From a bacterium (GTDB lineage Bacteria > SAR324 > JACQKK01): 64,000 nt of DNA. The DNA is taken from positions 896,001 to 960,000 of the forward strand of contig OZ251219.1 of the NCBI GenBank assembly GCA_965240465.1, read 5' to 3'. Both the position numbers and the translations under genes were made by a program. Shown here piece by piece: positions 49,212-58,781 of the stretch (positions are counted from its first letter, which is position 1; each line of letters opens with the position of its first letter). The notes beneath the pieces were generated by a model. The model was not told the DNA's origin and searched no databases. It was given only the letters and a program-made list of their open reading frames with translations.

Positions 49212-51065
49212 GTGAAATTCGGTTCTTTTGATTCCAGTGGAAATGACCTACGGCAGTTCCGCACTCGGGTCTCCGTTATGAGGTGGATCATAGTGGGATT
49301 ATCGGTGATATGGATAAGCAAGCTGTTCTTCATGCAGGTGATCTTTTACCAGTACTACGACCGTCTAGCACGAGGAAACCGAATCAGAGTAATTCCACAG
49401 GAAGGCCCCCGAGGATTTATCTATGACCGTACTGGAGAGATCTTGGCGTATAATCGTCCTGCATATCATGTTAATTTTATGAAGGAAGATTCTCCCAACC
49501 CCGAAAAAACCCTAAGCGTTTTATCTCGCCTGACTGGTATCCCCCTAAATAACATCAAGAAGCGTTGGCAGTCCGAGGGCGAAATTCCATTTAGAGCAGT
49601 CCGAATATTGGACTCCATTCATAGAAACACTGCAGACATCATAGACAGCCATCACAGCGATATGCCTGGGGTGGCAGTAGAAGTGGAATTCAAACGCTTC
49701 TACCCTAAGCGGAATGTGTTGTCGCATGTACTGGGATATGTAAGTGCTAGCTCGGGTTTTCAGGCGAATCAGTTAAGATCTAATCAGCGTCTTTCTGGTC
49801 GGGTGGTGGGGCAGACAGGCTTGGAGGAATCCTATAATCAGCAATTACTAGGTACCGATGGAGGACATCAGGTAGAGGTGGATCACCTGGGACGCGATCT
49901 ACGGTTACTGGATAAGCCTGTCCCAGCGGTGGCAGGGAAGGAACTTAGGATCTCCATTGATGTCAATTTACAGCAGTATGCTCGCGATTTATTGGCGGAT
50001 AAAAAGGGGGTAATATTGCTATCTCAAGTAGCCACAGGCAAAATTCTGACTATGGTCAGTAGTCCCGATTACGATCCTAATGTCTTTGTGCGTGGCATCG
50101 CTCAGCAGGAGTGGAAGGACATTACTGATGATGACCAAGCAGCTTTGATCAATCGTGCTATTCAGGGTTTGTATCCCCCAGGGTCTACCTTCAAGATGGC
50201 AGTGGCATTGGCAGCTCTAGAGGAGGGCTTGATTGATGGAAAAAGCACTTTCTATTGTCCAGGGCATTATTTGCTTAGGGGTCGCCGACGATATTGCTGG
50301 TTGAAAAAAGGTCATGGAGTGGTTAATTTGCGTCAGGCGATTGCTAGATCTTGCAATGTGTTTTTTTATAATCTGGGAATCCAGCTAAAGGGCGAGCGAC
50401 TAGCACAGTATGCCCGCTTGCTGGGTTTTGGACGTACTAGCAGTCTGGAGCTGCCTAGCGAGAAGAAGGGCTTGGTCCCAGACCCGCAATGGAAAAAGAA
50501 AACCACCGGGCAACCATGGTTTGAAGGCGATGACATAAACTATGCCATCGGTCAAGGATATCTGAATGTGACTCCCATTCAATTATTGGGATATATTCAA
50601 TTTTTTGCTAGTCGGGGTTCGGTTTCTCATCCGACCCTGCTTAATTTCGCGGCTGATACCAATTCGCAGCCCGCGGATCTTTTTAAGCCTCAGCATCTGG
50701 AAATGATCCGCCAAGGAATGCTGGATGCCGTCAACCACGTAGGCACCGCTGGTAGGGCACGTACCTCGCTGTTTCAAGTAGCTGGCAAAACAGGAACCTC
50801 CCAAGTACAAGGCAGAAGGTACCGAGGTGTAAATAAATTATTACCTCATTCCATCTTCATTGGATATGCACCCGCAGCACTCCCAGAACTAGCTGTGGTG
50901 GTTATAGTGGAACACGGCAAAGAAGGAGGACTGGTGGCTGCTCCATTCGCTAGAAAAATGCTACTGTACGCCCATAAGCACCTGTACCCTCTGTATGATC
51001 CTCCTGCCGAAACAGAGCCATCAACCGAGCCATCAACCAAGCCATCAACCAAGCCATCAACCTAG
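49212..51065 (+). CDS. mrdA: Penicillin-binding protein 2
   Basis: PRGFIYDR, YPPGSTFK (SxxK), SCN (SxN), AGKTGT (KTG). Confidence 0.95.
   Translation: MKFGSFDSSGNDLRQFRTRVSVMRWIIVGLSVIWISKLFFMQVIFYQYYDRLARGNRIRVIPQEGPRGFIYDRTGEILAYNRPAYHVNFMKEDSPNPEKTLSVLSRLTGIPLNNIKKRWQSEGEIPFRAVRILDSIHRNTADIIDSHHSDMPGVAVEVEFKRFYPKRNVLSHVLGYVSASSGFQANQLRSNQRLSGRVVGQTGLEESYNQQLLGTDGGHQVEVDHLGRDLRLLDKPVPAVAGKELRISIDVNLQQYARDLLADKKGVILLSQVATGKILTMVSSPDYDPNVFVRGIAQQEWKDITDDDQAALINRAIQGLYPPGSTFKMAVALAALEEGLIDGKSTFYCPGHYLLRGRRRYCWLKKGHGVVNLRQAIARSCNVFFYNLGIQLKGERLAQYARLLGFGRTSSLELPSEKKGLVPDPQWKKKTTGQPWFEGDDINYAIGQGYLNVTPIQLLGYIQFFASRGSVSHPTLLNFAADTNSQPADLFKPQHLEMIRQGMLDAVNHVGTAGRARTSLFQVAGKTGTSQVQGRRYRGVNKLLPHSIFIGYAPAALPELAVVVIVEHGKEGGLVAAPFARKMLLYAHKHLYPLYDPPAETEPSTEPSTKPSTKPST
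51016..51062. repeat. In-frame 12-bp repeat at the mrdA C-terminus (EPST/KPST x4)
   Basis: AGCCATCAACC(G/A) units ending at the stop codon. Confidence 0.9.
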
Positions 51066-51092
51066 CTGCCATCCTCCAATTTCAAGATTCCA

Positions 51093-51710
51093 ATGCATCA
51101 AACAAGGGCTTTTTGTTTGGCATCAGCTTCTCCTCGCCGACAGGAGCTACTAGCTGAATGGGGGCTGGAATTCACTCAGTTTTCTCCTAAGGTGGATGAA
51201 AAACAGCTGGCTGGAGAATCTCCCAAAGACCAAGTAATGAGGTTGGCTCTTAGCAAAGCCCGAGCAGCTGTAGCCAGTCAAGTAGCCAATACGCCCGAGC
51301 CTCTACCCAGTCTTATTCTGGCAGGCGATACCCTGGTCTCCCTAGGTGGGCAGCCCCTGGGCAAGCCTGCCAATCTGGCTGAGGCAAGGAGTATGTTGCA
51401 TGCTCTGTCGGGCAGAACTCATCAGGTACTTTCTGCCTATTGTCTGCTGGAGGTTGCCGCGGCCCCCAAGAAAATCCAGCGACTGGTCTCCACCAAGGTT
51501 CACTTTCGCGTGTTGCCTACAGACTGGATTGAATGGTACCTTGGACATCACGAAGTGCTAGACAAGGCAGGAGCATATGCCATCCAATCCAGTGGCGGGG
51601 CAATGGTGGAGTGGATTCACGGTTCTTATACCAATGTGATTGGTTTTCCTATGGAGCAAATAATTTGGGACTTATTAAAAAATGGCTGGCTTATCCTAGC
51701 GGACTCTTAG
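51093..51710 (+). CDS. maf: Maf family nucleotide pyrophosphatase
   Basis: LASASPRR, DT.V...LGKP, LSGRTH, DKAGAYAIQ, GSYTNVIG. Confidence 0.93.
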   Translation: MHQTRAFCLASASPRRQELLAEWGLEFTQFSPKVDEKQLAGESPKDQVMRLALSKARAAVASQVANTPEPLPSLILAGDTLVSLGGQPLGKPANLAEARSMLHALSGRTHQVLSAYCLLEVAAAPKKIQRLVSTKVHFRVLPTDWIEWYLGHHEVLDKAGAYAIQSSGGAMVEWIHGSYTNVIGFPMEQIIWDLLKNGWLILADS

Positions 51711-52666
51711 TACTAATTCTGCTGGGAGAACCTCATCAAGCAATAGCACAAGCACCCTGGCAGGTTACTCCTAAGGGAGTAATGTTGCTGGAACTTGGCT
51801 CCAGTCAGGAAAGACAAACCGAAGCGGTAGACTCAGCAGGAATAAAAAAAAGCTTAAGCCAGTATCTGGACTATCAAGACGAAATTAAAGGTCAACTGAA
51901 TGGAAATCTGGAAAGAAACTTTACTCGCAATTATTTATATCTGCAGTATGGACTGAAGGACACCCTGAACCTCAGACTAGAACTGAACCGCGGTACCGCT
52001 AAACAAACTGGCTCGGCAGTACCTTCTGCAGTGTTAATTAGCCAAACCCCATCCCCCCAACTCCAGTCGCAAGATTTGTCGGGCAGTGGTAATCACACCC
52101 TGATGCTGGTGTTTCGGAATCTGTTGGTAGAAGGCAGATCCCTACAGTGGCGATTAGGATATAGCCCTGCCGTCAATCCTAAGGACTTCCCCTACAGTAA
52201 TCCATACTCCCTTTCCCCAGGCTCTTATTCCAGATCCTTGCTCCTTGGAGTGCAAAATACCATCTATCCTGCTAGCAGCAAATCACGACTAGATATGCAA
52301 CTGGCATCCCGATACCACCTAAAAACTCCCCTCACTACCACCGAAAATCAAAACATCATCTTCCAACAAGGACACCAAATAACTGGGCTACTCCACTGGC
52401 AAAGCCTTCTAGATCCCTTAATACTCTCCCTAGGATTGCAAGCTCACTACCAAGGCAGCACCAAAGAAGATAATCAAAAATATGACGACAACAAACGACT
52501 CCTAAACCAAATCTTAGGACTCGCAATAGGAAACCTACATCAACTAGAACAAGGACAAAAACCAACTCTGCCCTGGCAACTGGAACTCAAATACACAAAC
52601 ACAGCCCACGCCCGCAATAGCCCACTGACATCCGAAACCTCCCTATCCTTATTGGCTTATTTCTAA
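51533..52666 (+). CDS. Hypothetical exported protein, possibly outer-membrane beta-barrel (true start likely near 51665)
   Basis: Signal-like segment ending AIA, amphipathic beta-like segments, C-terminal AYF. Confidence 0.55.
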   Translation: MVPWTSRSARQGRSICHPIQWRGNGGVDSRFLYQCDWFSYGANNLGLIKKWLAYPSGLLVLILLGEPHQAIAQAPWQVTPKGVMLLELGSSQERQTEAVDSAGIKKSLSQYLDYQDEIKGQLNGNLERNFTRNYLYLQYGLKDTLNLRLELNRGTAKQTGSAVPSAVLISQTPSPQLQSQDLSGSGNHTLMLVFRNLLVEGRSLQWRLGYSPAVNPKDFPYSNPYSLSPGSYSRSLLLGVQNTIYPASSKSRLDMQLASRYHLKTPLTTTENQNIIFQQGHQITGLLHWQSLLDPLILSLGLQAHYQGSTKEDNQKYDDNKRLLNQILGLAIGNLHQLEQGQKPTLPWQLELKYTNTAHARNSPLTSETSLSLLAYF

Positions 52667-52702
52667 TGTATGCTTAGACCCCTCCTACGACACAATTACT
52701 TT

Positions 52703-52772
52703 AATCATCAACCACTTCAATCATCAACCACTTCAATCATCAACCACTTCAATCATCAACCACTTCAATCAT
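52703..52772. repeat. 16-bp tandem repeat AATCATCAACCACTTC x4.4 overlapping the stop codon of 52765..53520
   Basis: Directly visible. Confidence 0.95.
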
Positions 52773-53520
52773 AAGGCTCAAATGCTAGCCGAATATGAGG
52801 CTCAAGGCGTAAGCATTTTTCCAATTGCTCTAGCTTAGCTACAGTATCAATGGCAGCATAAAAAATTCCCTGAGGCTGAAAAGTTTGAACCGTAGCCCCT
52901 CTGGAAACAGCATCTAGTAAAGCCTGAATAAAATCAAATGGCTCACCAGCCGAAGGAAAAAAATCCCGCAGGCGAGGGCGTAACATAGCAATCCCATTAT
53001 AAGCAACCTGATGAGTATCTCCCTTAGGCTCGGTGTAAAGACCTCTCTGCTGGCGACGTGATGAATCCAACCCGCAAAGGCAATCTTTATCATCAATGAG
53101 TAAGTAGGAACTTGAACTCCTCTCCTGCACTAGAAGGGTAGCCAGTGCTTCGCTTTGTTGATGAACATGCTCCAGCTGGCATAAAGAAACATCCGATATG
53201 GTGTCCGCGTTCCAGATCAATAGTGAATCCTCCCGCCAAAAATCAGCCGCATTCATGAGGGCACCACCGCTATCCAGCAAAATATGCTCCCGAAACAAAC
53301 GCACCCGAAACGGCAAACGAGGATCCCTTAGATAATCCTCCAACTGCTCCGCCAAATGATAGGCATTCATCGCCACCTCCTTCACTCCACCACGATGCAA
53401 CAATGCCAGCAATCTGCTCAGCAAAGGAACTCCCAATACGGGCATTAAGGCTTTGGGCGTACTCAGCCCTGGCTCTCCCAGCCGAATACCCTTGCCCGCA
53501 GCCAACAACATGGCCCTCAT
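52765..53520 (-). CDS. Sugar-phosphate nucleotidyltransferase (MurU-like)
   Basis: MRAMLLAAGKGIRL...TPKAL.PV, LDSGG, NAD. Confidence 0.85.
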   Translation of the reverse strand: MRAMLLAAGKGIRLGEPGLSTPKALMPVLGVPLLSRLLALLHRGGVKEVAMNAYHLAEQLEDYLRDPRLPFRVRLFREHILLDSGGALMNAADFWREDSLLIWNADTISDVSLCQLEHVHQQSEALATLLVQERSSSSYLLIDDKDCLCGLDSSRRQQRGLYTEPKGDTHQVAYNGIAMLRPRLRDFFPSAGEPFDFIQALLDAVSRGATVQTFQPQGIFYAAIDTVAKLEQLEKCLRLEPHIRLAFEPYD

Positions 53521-53948
53521 GGATACCCCTCTATTTCCTGCGATGAACCAATCTTTTCTTCTTCCAACTCCCGATGACGCAAACTCACTTCCACTCCCTC
53601 AGACTCCAAAACACGACGCAAACTCTCAGCCAAAAACACCGAGCGATGACGACCTCCAGTACAACCAAAAGAAACTAGCAAATGATCTCTCCCCAACTCA
53701 GCATAAGATGCTACCGTTTGCTTTATCATCAACTCAGCCGCGGCCTGAAATTCCTGCACCGCAACGTGACCACCTAACCACTGCCTAACCTCCAAATCCC
53801 TACCATCTTGGCTCGCCATGCCTGCCTCAAAATGCGGATTCGGCAAACCACGACAATCAAACACAAATCCCCCCCCATGCGGGCTGGAACTAGATGGCAC
53901 TCCGCCACGATGATACGAAAAACTCCACAATTGAACTACTAACGACAT
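53517..53948 (-). CDS. Stand-alone RapZ C-terminal domain protein
   Basis: SFSY, GGGFVFDCRGLPNP, FGCTGGRHRSV, HREL. Confidence 0.85.
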   Translation of the reverse strand: MSLVVQLWSFSYHRGGVPSSSSPHGGGFVFDCRGLPNPHFEAGMASQDGRDLEVRQWLGGHVAVQEFQAAAELMIKQTVASYAELGRDHLLVSFGCTGGRHRSVFLAESLRRVLESEGVEVSLRHRELEEEKIGSSQEIEGYP

Positions 53949-53968
53949 GCTCTAAAATACCTGAAAAA

Positions 53969-56900
53969 TTAAATAAAATGCTCGGCAAATTCATCTATCT
54001 CAGGCATAAGAATTAGGGTTTCTGCCAAAACGGAGATGATCTCTTTTACCCTCCTTATCTCTTCAAAAGAAAGATCACGCCCATTGCGGTAAGTTAAATA
54101 CTTATCCACCACCTTATAACCACCAAGCTGGAAATCCCAAACTTCAGGGGAAACAGGGCTAAAGTAATTATCTTGGTTAATATAAAGCCTTTTATCAGTT
54201 ACTTGGTAGCGAGGTTCTTCAACTTTGTAATTTACTTTATCACTAACCTCAACATTTGGGCTAATGTCTTTAAGCAAATGTAAATCGGCTAATTTATTGC
54301 CTATCTTAACTAGTTTTATAAAATCTTCTTTTTTGTCAGGGAATGGAATACGGGGGAATTCTATCCTTAAAAAATCAACATATTTATCGCGATAGATAGG
54401 GCAATGCAGTACTGCATAAACATAATAAAATAATTCCTCTGGACTAAATTTTGTATGGTATTTATTATCTAGCCACTGGCGGAACTTACCATCAATGTTT
54501 TCTGTTTTTTCATTTTTATCATTGGGTTCTTCATATTTATATAAAGGAAAGAGATAATTATTTTCACCCTTATTAGAAACGGCATAGCGTTCTACAATTT
54601 TATTGGTAATACCTACATGTTGCCATTTATTAGAGTATAGGGATCTATTGACGGTGACAAGTCCTAGATTATCCTTATGAAGCATGTGTGTCATAATTTC
54701 TCCCCGAGGCCTAGATATAAAACCACGACTTTTAGGAGTATAATAAGTATGGCGTTCATCAAAGGGACGATAAAGTATGGGAGAGAACTTGTCATTTTCC
54801 TGACCATGTTTTATAATACTTTTCTGTGCCGATTTTACCCTCCATTCTTCAGTATCAGCTTTTAATTTATATTTATCGCTGGCTTCTTCTGAGGTAAGCG
54901 AGGCAAGATTTTTGACTACTTTTTTTATATCATCACTACTAAATTGCATGGTTAATTTATCTCTACCAGTAGTAATACCAGAGCTATATTTAGGGAATAT
55001 ATCGGTTACCAACCGTAATTTCTTATAATCTGCATATGATTTATAATCAAAGGGAGTAAAAGAATAACGAGGTTCTTGGGGTTTTACTTCCTGCCATTCA
55101 ATTTGCTGATAAGAACTTTCTGCAGTTTGTTTATATTTATCATCCCGACTACCCCAAAGATCAGCATGATAAATTTTCTTCTTTAAGCCTTTTTTCTTGA
55201 TAAAGAAACTTATGGCTACCCCTTCTTTAATCTCAAATACATTTTCATCTTTTTTGCCCTCAGGTATTAATTCCTTCTCCTTTAAGTTTCCATGTAGATC
55301 CAGGATGTAGATCTGATCAAAGCTTTCCATCAAGGAATAACGCATTCCCATAAAAGTAGGAGCATTAAGGAAGCTATGGCTGGTGATAACCCCCACGATC
55401 CCTTTTTCCATCTTTTCCAGCTTATATTCAGCAAAACAAATAAACTTTACATAGTCATTCTGGAGTGACTTGATATTAGGCACTGGGATTCTTCTACTAC
55501 AAATATATTTATATTTTCCTATTTTTTCTGTTATCCAGTCCCCTTTATTCTTGGATTCTACATTATAGGGAGGATTACCCATAATTACCAAAATATCTTG
55601 ATCTTTAATTTCTTTGGCTGTACTGGATTCTTCAGATAGGGCTGGCAATAGATGGTTCATTTGAGGTCTAATAGGTTCTAAGGTATTGGCTAGGTAAATA
55701 GGTAATCTGCCTTTTAGTTCTAGATTTTTATTCTTAATAAATTGTTGTAGCTTCATGTGGGCTACAATGTAGGGAGCGATTAGGAGTTCAAACCCGAAGA
55801 TGTTTTTGCAGATGTGATCATCCAGTAGTTTTTGGGGATTGGCAGATTGGCTTTCAAAAATTTGGCGGATGGTTTCCAGCATGAATGTTCCCGTCCCGCA
55901 GGCAAAGTCTAGAACGGTGACTTCGCTATCTGCCAAGCCATCGCCGCAGCCTAGCTTATCTTTTAGAAGGTCATTTATGCCTCGCACTATGAAGTTAACT
56001 ACTGGTTGGGGGGTATAATAAACACCCAGCTCTTTACGTTTTTTTTGATTATAGGCCTTGATAAAATTTTCATAAAAACAGATAAAGGGGTCATGGTCAA
56101 AGAGTAGTTGATCTTTATGGGGTGCATCAGTGGGTTTTTCTCTTAGGCTTTTTTCAATTTCGGACTGGTTGAGGTTGTTGATGATGGAGAGGGTGGATTC
56201 TACTATCCAGCTCAGGTGCTTAAATGGTTCTTTTTCTAGTTCATCTAAGAAACCGACTAGTTCACCGATTAAAGGAACTGATTTAGGTATGTTTTCTTGG
56301 ATGTTACTAAGGGTAATATCATTATTTTCTTGGTTAAGTCGTGCCATTAACAAGCCATAGCTTAAGGTTTGGGCAAAGACATCAGCGAATTCATCGGATG
56401 TTAATTGATTGGACACTTGTTTTACAAAGGCATCATAAATACCGTAAAGGCGACCTGTTTCATGTTCTGCTAGGTGTTTTTTTAATTCATAATGCAATAG
56501 TCTGCAGGGTTCAGCTAGGGCATCTGCCAGTTCCTTGGCAGTGCCGATCATTTCGGGTTTTTGCCCCAGAAAACCGCTGAGCATGGTTTCCAGCTCAGGC
56601 AGCTGCCGAGTTTTTAGCTTCTTAGAATAATCTTTCAGTTCTTCTGCCGAGTAGCAGGTGATTAGTTCTTCGGACTTGAGCCAGTAAAATTGGTGGTAAT
56701 TGGTAATGAGGACATTTTCATTGATGGAACTGTATTTTTTAATTTGATCGCTTTTAGCGATTTTTAGGCAGTCGGTACCCGGTTTTTTTGTTTCTAGGTA
56801 TCCAGTTACGCGTCCACTATCATCTTTAACGGTAAAATCAGGGATACCTACACCTTCGGCATATTTTTCTTGTTTGATATTAAAATTCTTCCCAGCCAGT

Positions 56901-57028
56901 TCTTTAAGCAAGTTATGCAGGGGGGTACGTCCATCAAACTCAGAGCTGTTATCGCTACCGTCTTGGTAGGCTTTTCTTAGTTCTGTGAAGTAGGTTTTCA
57001 AATGTTGGATTTTGTCAGTATAGGTCAT
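53969..57028 (-). CDS. Single-chain restriction-modification enzyme (type IIG/ISP-like: nuclease, N6-adenine MTase, specificity domain)
   Basis: PDF...GYLETKK (PD-(D/E)xK), GVYYTP, VLDFACGTGTF, GNPPY, YRPFD, FPRIPF; AT-rich. Confidence 0.9.
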   Translation of the reverse strand: MTYTDKIQHLKTYFTELRKAYQDGSDNSSEFDGRTPLHNLLKELAGKNFNIKQEKYAEGVGIPDFTVKDDSGRVTGYLETKKPGTDCLKIAKSDQIKKYSSINENVLITNYHQFYWLKSEELITCYSAEELKDYSKKLKTRQLPELETMLSGFLGQKPEMIGTAKELADALAEPCRLLHYELKKHLAEHETGRLYGIYDAFVKQVSNQLTSDEFADVFAQTLSYGLLMARLNQENNDITLSNIQENIPKSVPLIGELVGFLDELEKEPFKHLSWIVESTLSIINNLNQSEIEKSLREKPTDAPHKDQLLFDHDPFICFYENFIKAYNQKKRKELGVYYTPQPVVNFIVRGINDLLKDKLGCGDGLADSEVTVLDFACGTGTFMLETIRQIFESQSANPQKLLDDHICKNIFGFELLIAPYIVAHMKLQQFIKNKNLELKGRLPIYLANTLEPIRPQMNHLLPALSEESSTAKEIKDQDILVIMGNPPYNVESKNKGDWITEKIGKYKYICSRRIPVPNIKSLQNDYVKFICFAEYKLEKMEKGIVGVITSHSFLNAPTFMGMRYSLMESFDQIYILDLHGNLKEKELIPEGKKDENVFEIKEGVAISFFIKKKGLKKKIYHADLWGSRDDKYKQTAESSYQQIEWQEVKPQEPRYSFTPFDYKSYADYKKLRLVTDIFPKYSSGITTGRDKLTMQFSSDDIKKVVKNLASLTSEEASDKYKLKADTEEWRVKSAQKSIIKHGQENDKFSPILYRPFDERHTYYTPKSRGFISRPRGEIMTHMLHKDNLGLVTVNRSLYSNKWQHVGITNKIVERYAVSNKGENNYLFPLYKYEEPNDKNEKTENIDGKFRQWLDNKYHTKFSPEELFYYVYAVLHCPIYRDKYVDFLRIEFPRIPFPDKKEDFIKLVKIGNKLADLHLLKDISPNVEVSDKVNYKVEEPRYQVTDKRLYINQDNYFSPVSPEVWDFQLGGYKVVDKYLTYRNGRDLSFEEIRRVKEIISVLAETLILMPEIDEFAEHFI

Positions 57029-58341
57029 GTTATTTTTCTTTCAATTTTTGCTCCGATGGCGTTCAGTCTTTGGTCTATGTGTTCGTAGCCGCGGTCAATT
57101 TGGTGTATGTTTTGGATTACCGATTCGCCTTTGGCAGCGAGAGCAGCGATGAGCAATGCCATGCCTGCTCTTATATCTGGGGAGCTCATGAGTGTTCCGC
57201 TGAGGGTGGTGGCCCCTCTGATGAGGACTCGGTGTGGGTCGCAGAGTATTGCTTGTGCGCCCATTCGGATGATGCGGTCTACCCAGAAGAGGCGATTTTC
57301 AAACATTTTTTCAAACACCAGAGTGCTGCCTTGGCATTGAGTGGCTACTACCGCCATGATGCTGGTAAGGTCGGATGGGAAGAGCGGCCAGGGTCCGCTA
57401 TCTATTTTGACGATGCTGTTATCTGGTCTGGCGATCAGTTTTTGCGAGCCGTGGATGAGGAGGTCGCAGGTAGCATAGGTGCTAGGAGGAGTGGTTACCG
57501 CGGGAGGTTTGGGTTCGGTTTCCACTCCGAGTCGGCGGTACATAAGTCGGATCATGGTTAGATGTTCACAGATGGTGTCACAGATGGTGAGTTCACTGCC
57601 AGTGGCGGCGGCAAGTCCAATGAGAGAGCCGATTTCGGTATGGTCGGGTTGGAGGCGGTGTTCGCAGCCTGTGAGGGTATCGGTGCCTTGGATGTGGATG
57701 CGAGTGCTTCCTTGTCCGGTGATATTGGCTCCCATGGAGTTTAGCAGCTGGCATAGTCCTTGGACGTGAGGTTCAGCGGCGGCGTTGTCTATGATGGTTT
57801 CACCGGCGGTGGCGGCGGCGGCCATGAGAGCATTTTCGGTAGCGGTCACCGAGCATTCATCCAAGAAGATGTAGTTAGGCTGGAAGCGTTTAGGTAGCTG
57901 AAAATGTATACCCGGCGATGCTTGTTTGAGTCGAGCACCCAGCTTGATGAGTGCCATGAAGTGGGTTTCGAGCCTCCGCAGGCCGATGCAATCTCCGCCG
58001 GGTGGCGTCAAAACGACTTCCCCCAGCCTTGCCAACAACGGGCTAAGTAGTAGAATGGAACCTCTAATACGGCAGGCTAGTTTGGGTTCGGGTGCATGGG
58101 AATTCAGTACTTTAGCAGAGATACGAACACTGCCGGGCTGAGGATACTCAATGGAGACTCCCAGACTACTCAGTAACCCCAGCATATCTTGGATATCGTG
58201 AATAGCAGGGACATTGTGCAAAGTAACTGTGTCTCTGGTAAGTAGACAGGCAGCTATGGCTGGCAAAGCTTCGTTTTTGTTTCCTGCAGGGCTGATGCGT
58301 CCCTTTATAGGTTGCTGACCCTGTACGATAAATGTTTCCAA
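57025..58341 (-). CDS. murA: UDP-N-acetylglucosamine 1-carboxyvinyltransferase
   Basis: GNKN.ALP, RGS, PGGD.IG.R, SVTATEN, EPHV, FENR, DIRAG, IDRGYE. Confidence 0.95.
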   Translation of the reverse strand: METFIVQGQQPIKGRISPAGNKNEALPAIAACLLTRDTVTLHNVPAIHDIQDMLGLLSSLGVSIEYPQPGSVRISAKVLNSHAPEPKLACRIRGSILLLSPLLARLGEVVLTPPGGDCIGLRRLETHFMALIKLGARLKQASPGIHFQLPKRFQPNYIFLDECSVTATENALMAAAATAGETIIDNAAAEPHVQGLCQLLNSMGANITGQGSTRIHIQGTDTLTGCEHRLQPDHTEIGSLIGLAAATGSELTICDTICEHLTMIRLMYRRLGVETEPKPPAVTTPPSTYATCDLLIHGSQKLIARPDNSIVKIDSGPWPLFPSDLTSIMAVVATQCQGSTLVFEKMFENRLFWVDRIIRMGAQAILCDPHRVLIRGATTLSGTLMSSPDIRAGMALLIAALAAKGESVIQNIHQIDRGYEHIDQRLNAIGAKIERKIT

Positions 58342-58441
58342 GGTGAGTTGTCCTTAATTAATCCAACGAGGTTGTTAATCTTAGCTAATTCCAATGATCT
58401 GCTGTGCCATTACTCAGATGCTACGGCAGATATGGTCTAAA

Positions 58442-58528
58442 TTCAAATGACATTTCAAATGACATTCCAAATGGCATTCCAAATGGCATTCCAAATGGCA
58501 TTCCAAATGGCATTACTCAAATGACATT
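58442..58528. repeat. 12-bp tandem repeat TTCCAAATGGCA, about 7 degenerate copies
   Basis: Directly visible in the divergent spacer upstream of murA. Confidence 0.9.
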
Positions 58529-58781
58529 GAGTCCCTACTCATTGCTCTTTTGCAACTCGCGATACTAATTATTATTAATTTAATGCCAATAGTTATTTAT
58601 TTTAGTAGATAGTTGTGTTAGTGTGTATGGTAAACCCACTTATGTTCCGTTATGGCGGTACCCTAGTGGTCGTAAAAAAATTAGGTATTAACTATATTAA
58701 GTAGAAGTTATATGCGGGCGTAGGGGGAAACAATTTTTTTATGCTGGTAGTAATGAAATATAAGTCCGGTTTTTTAACAAA

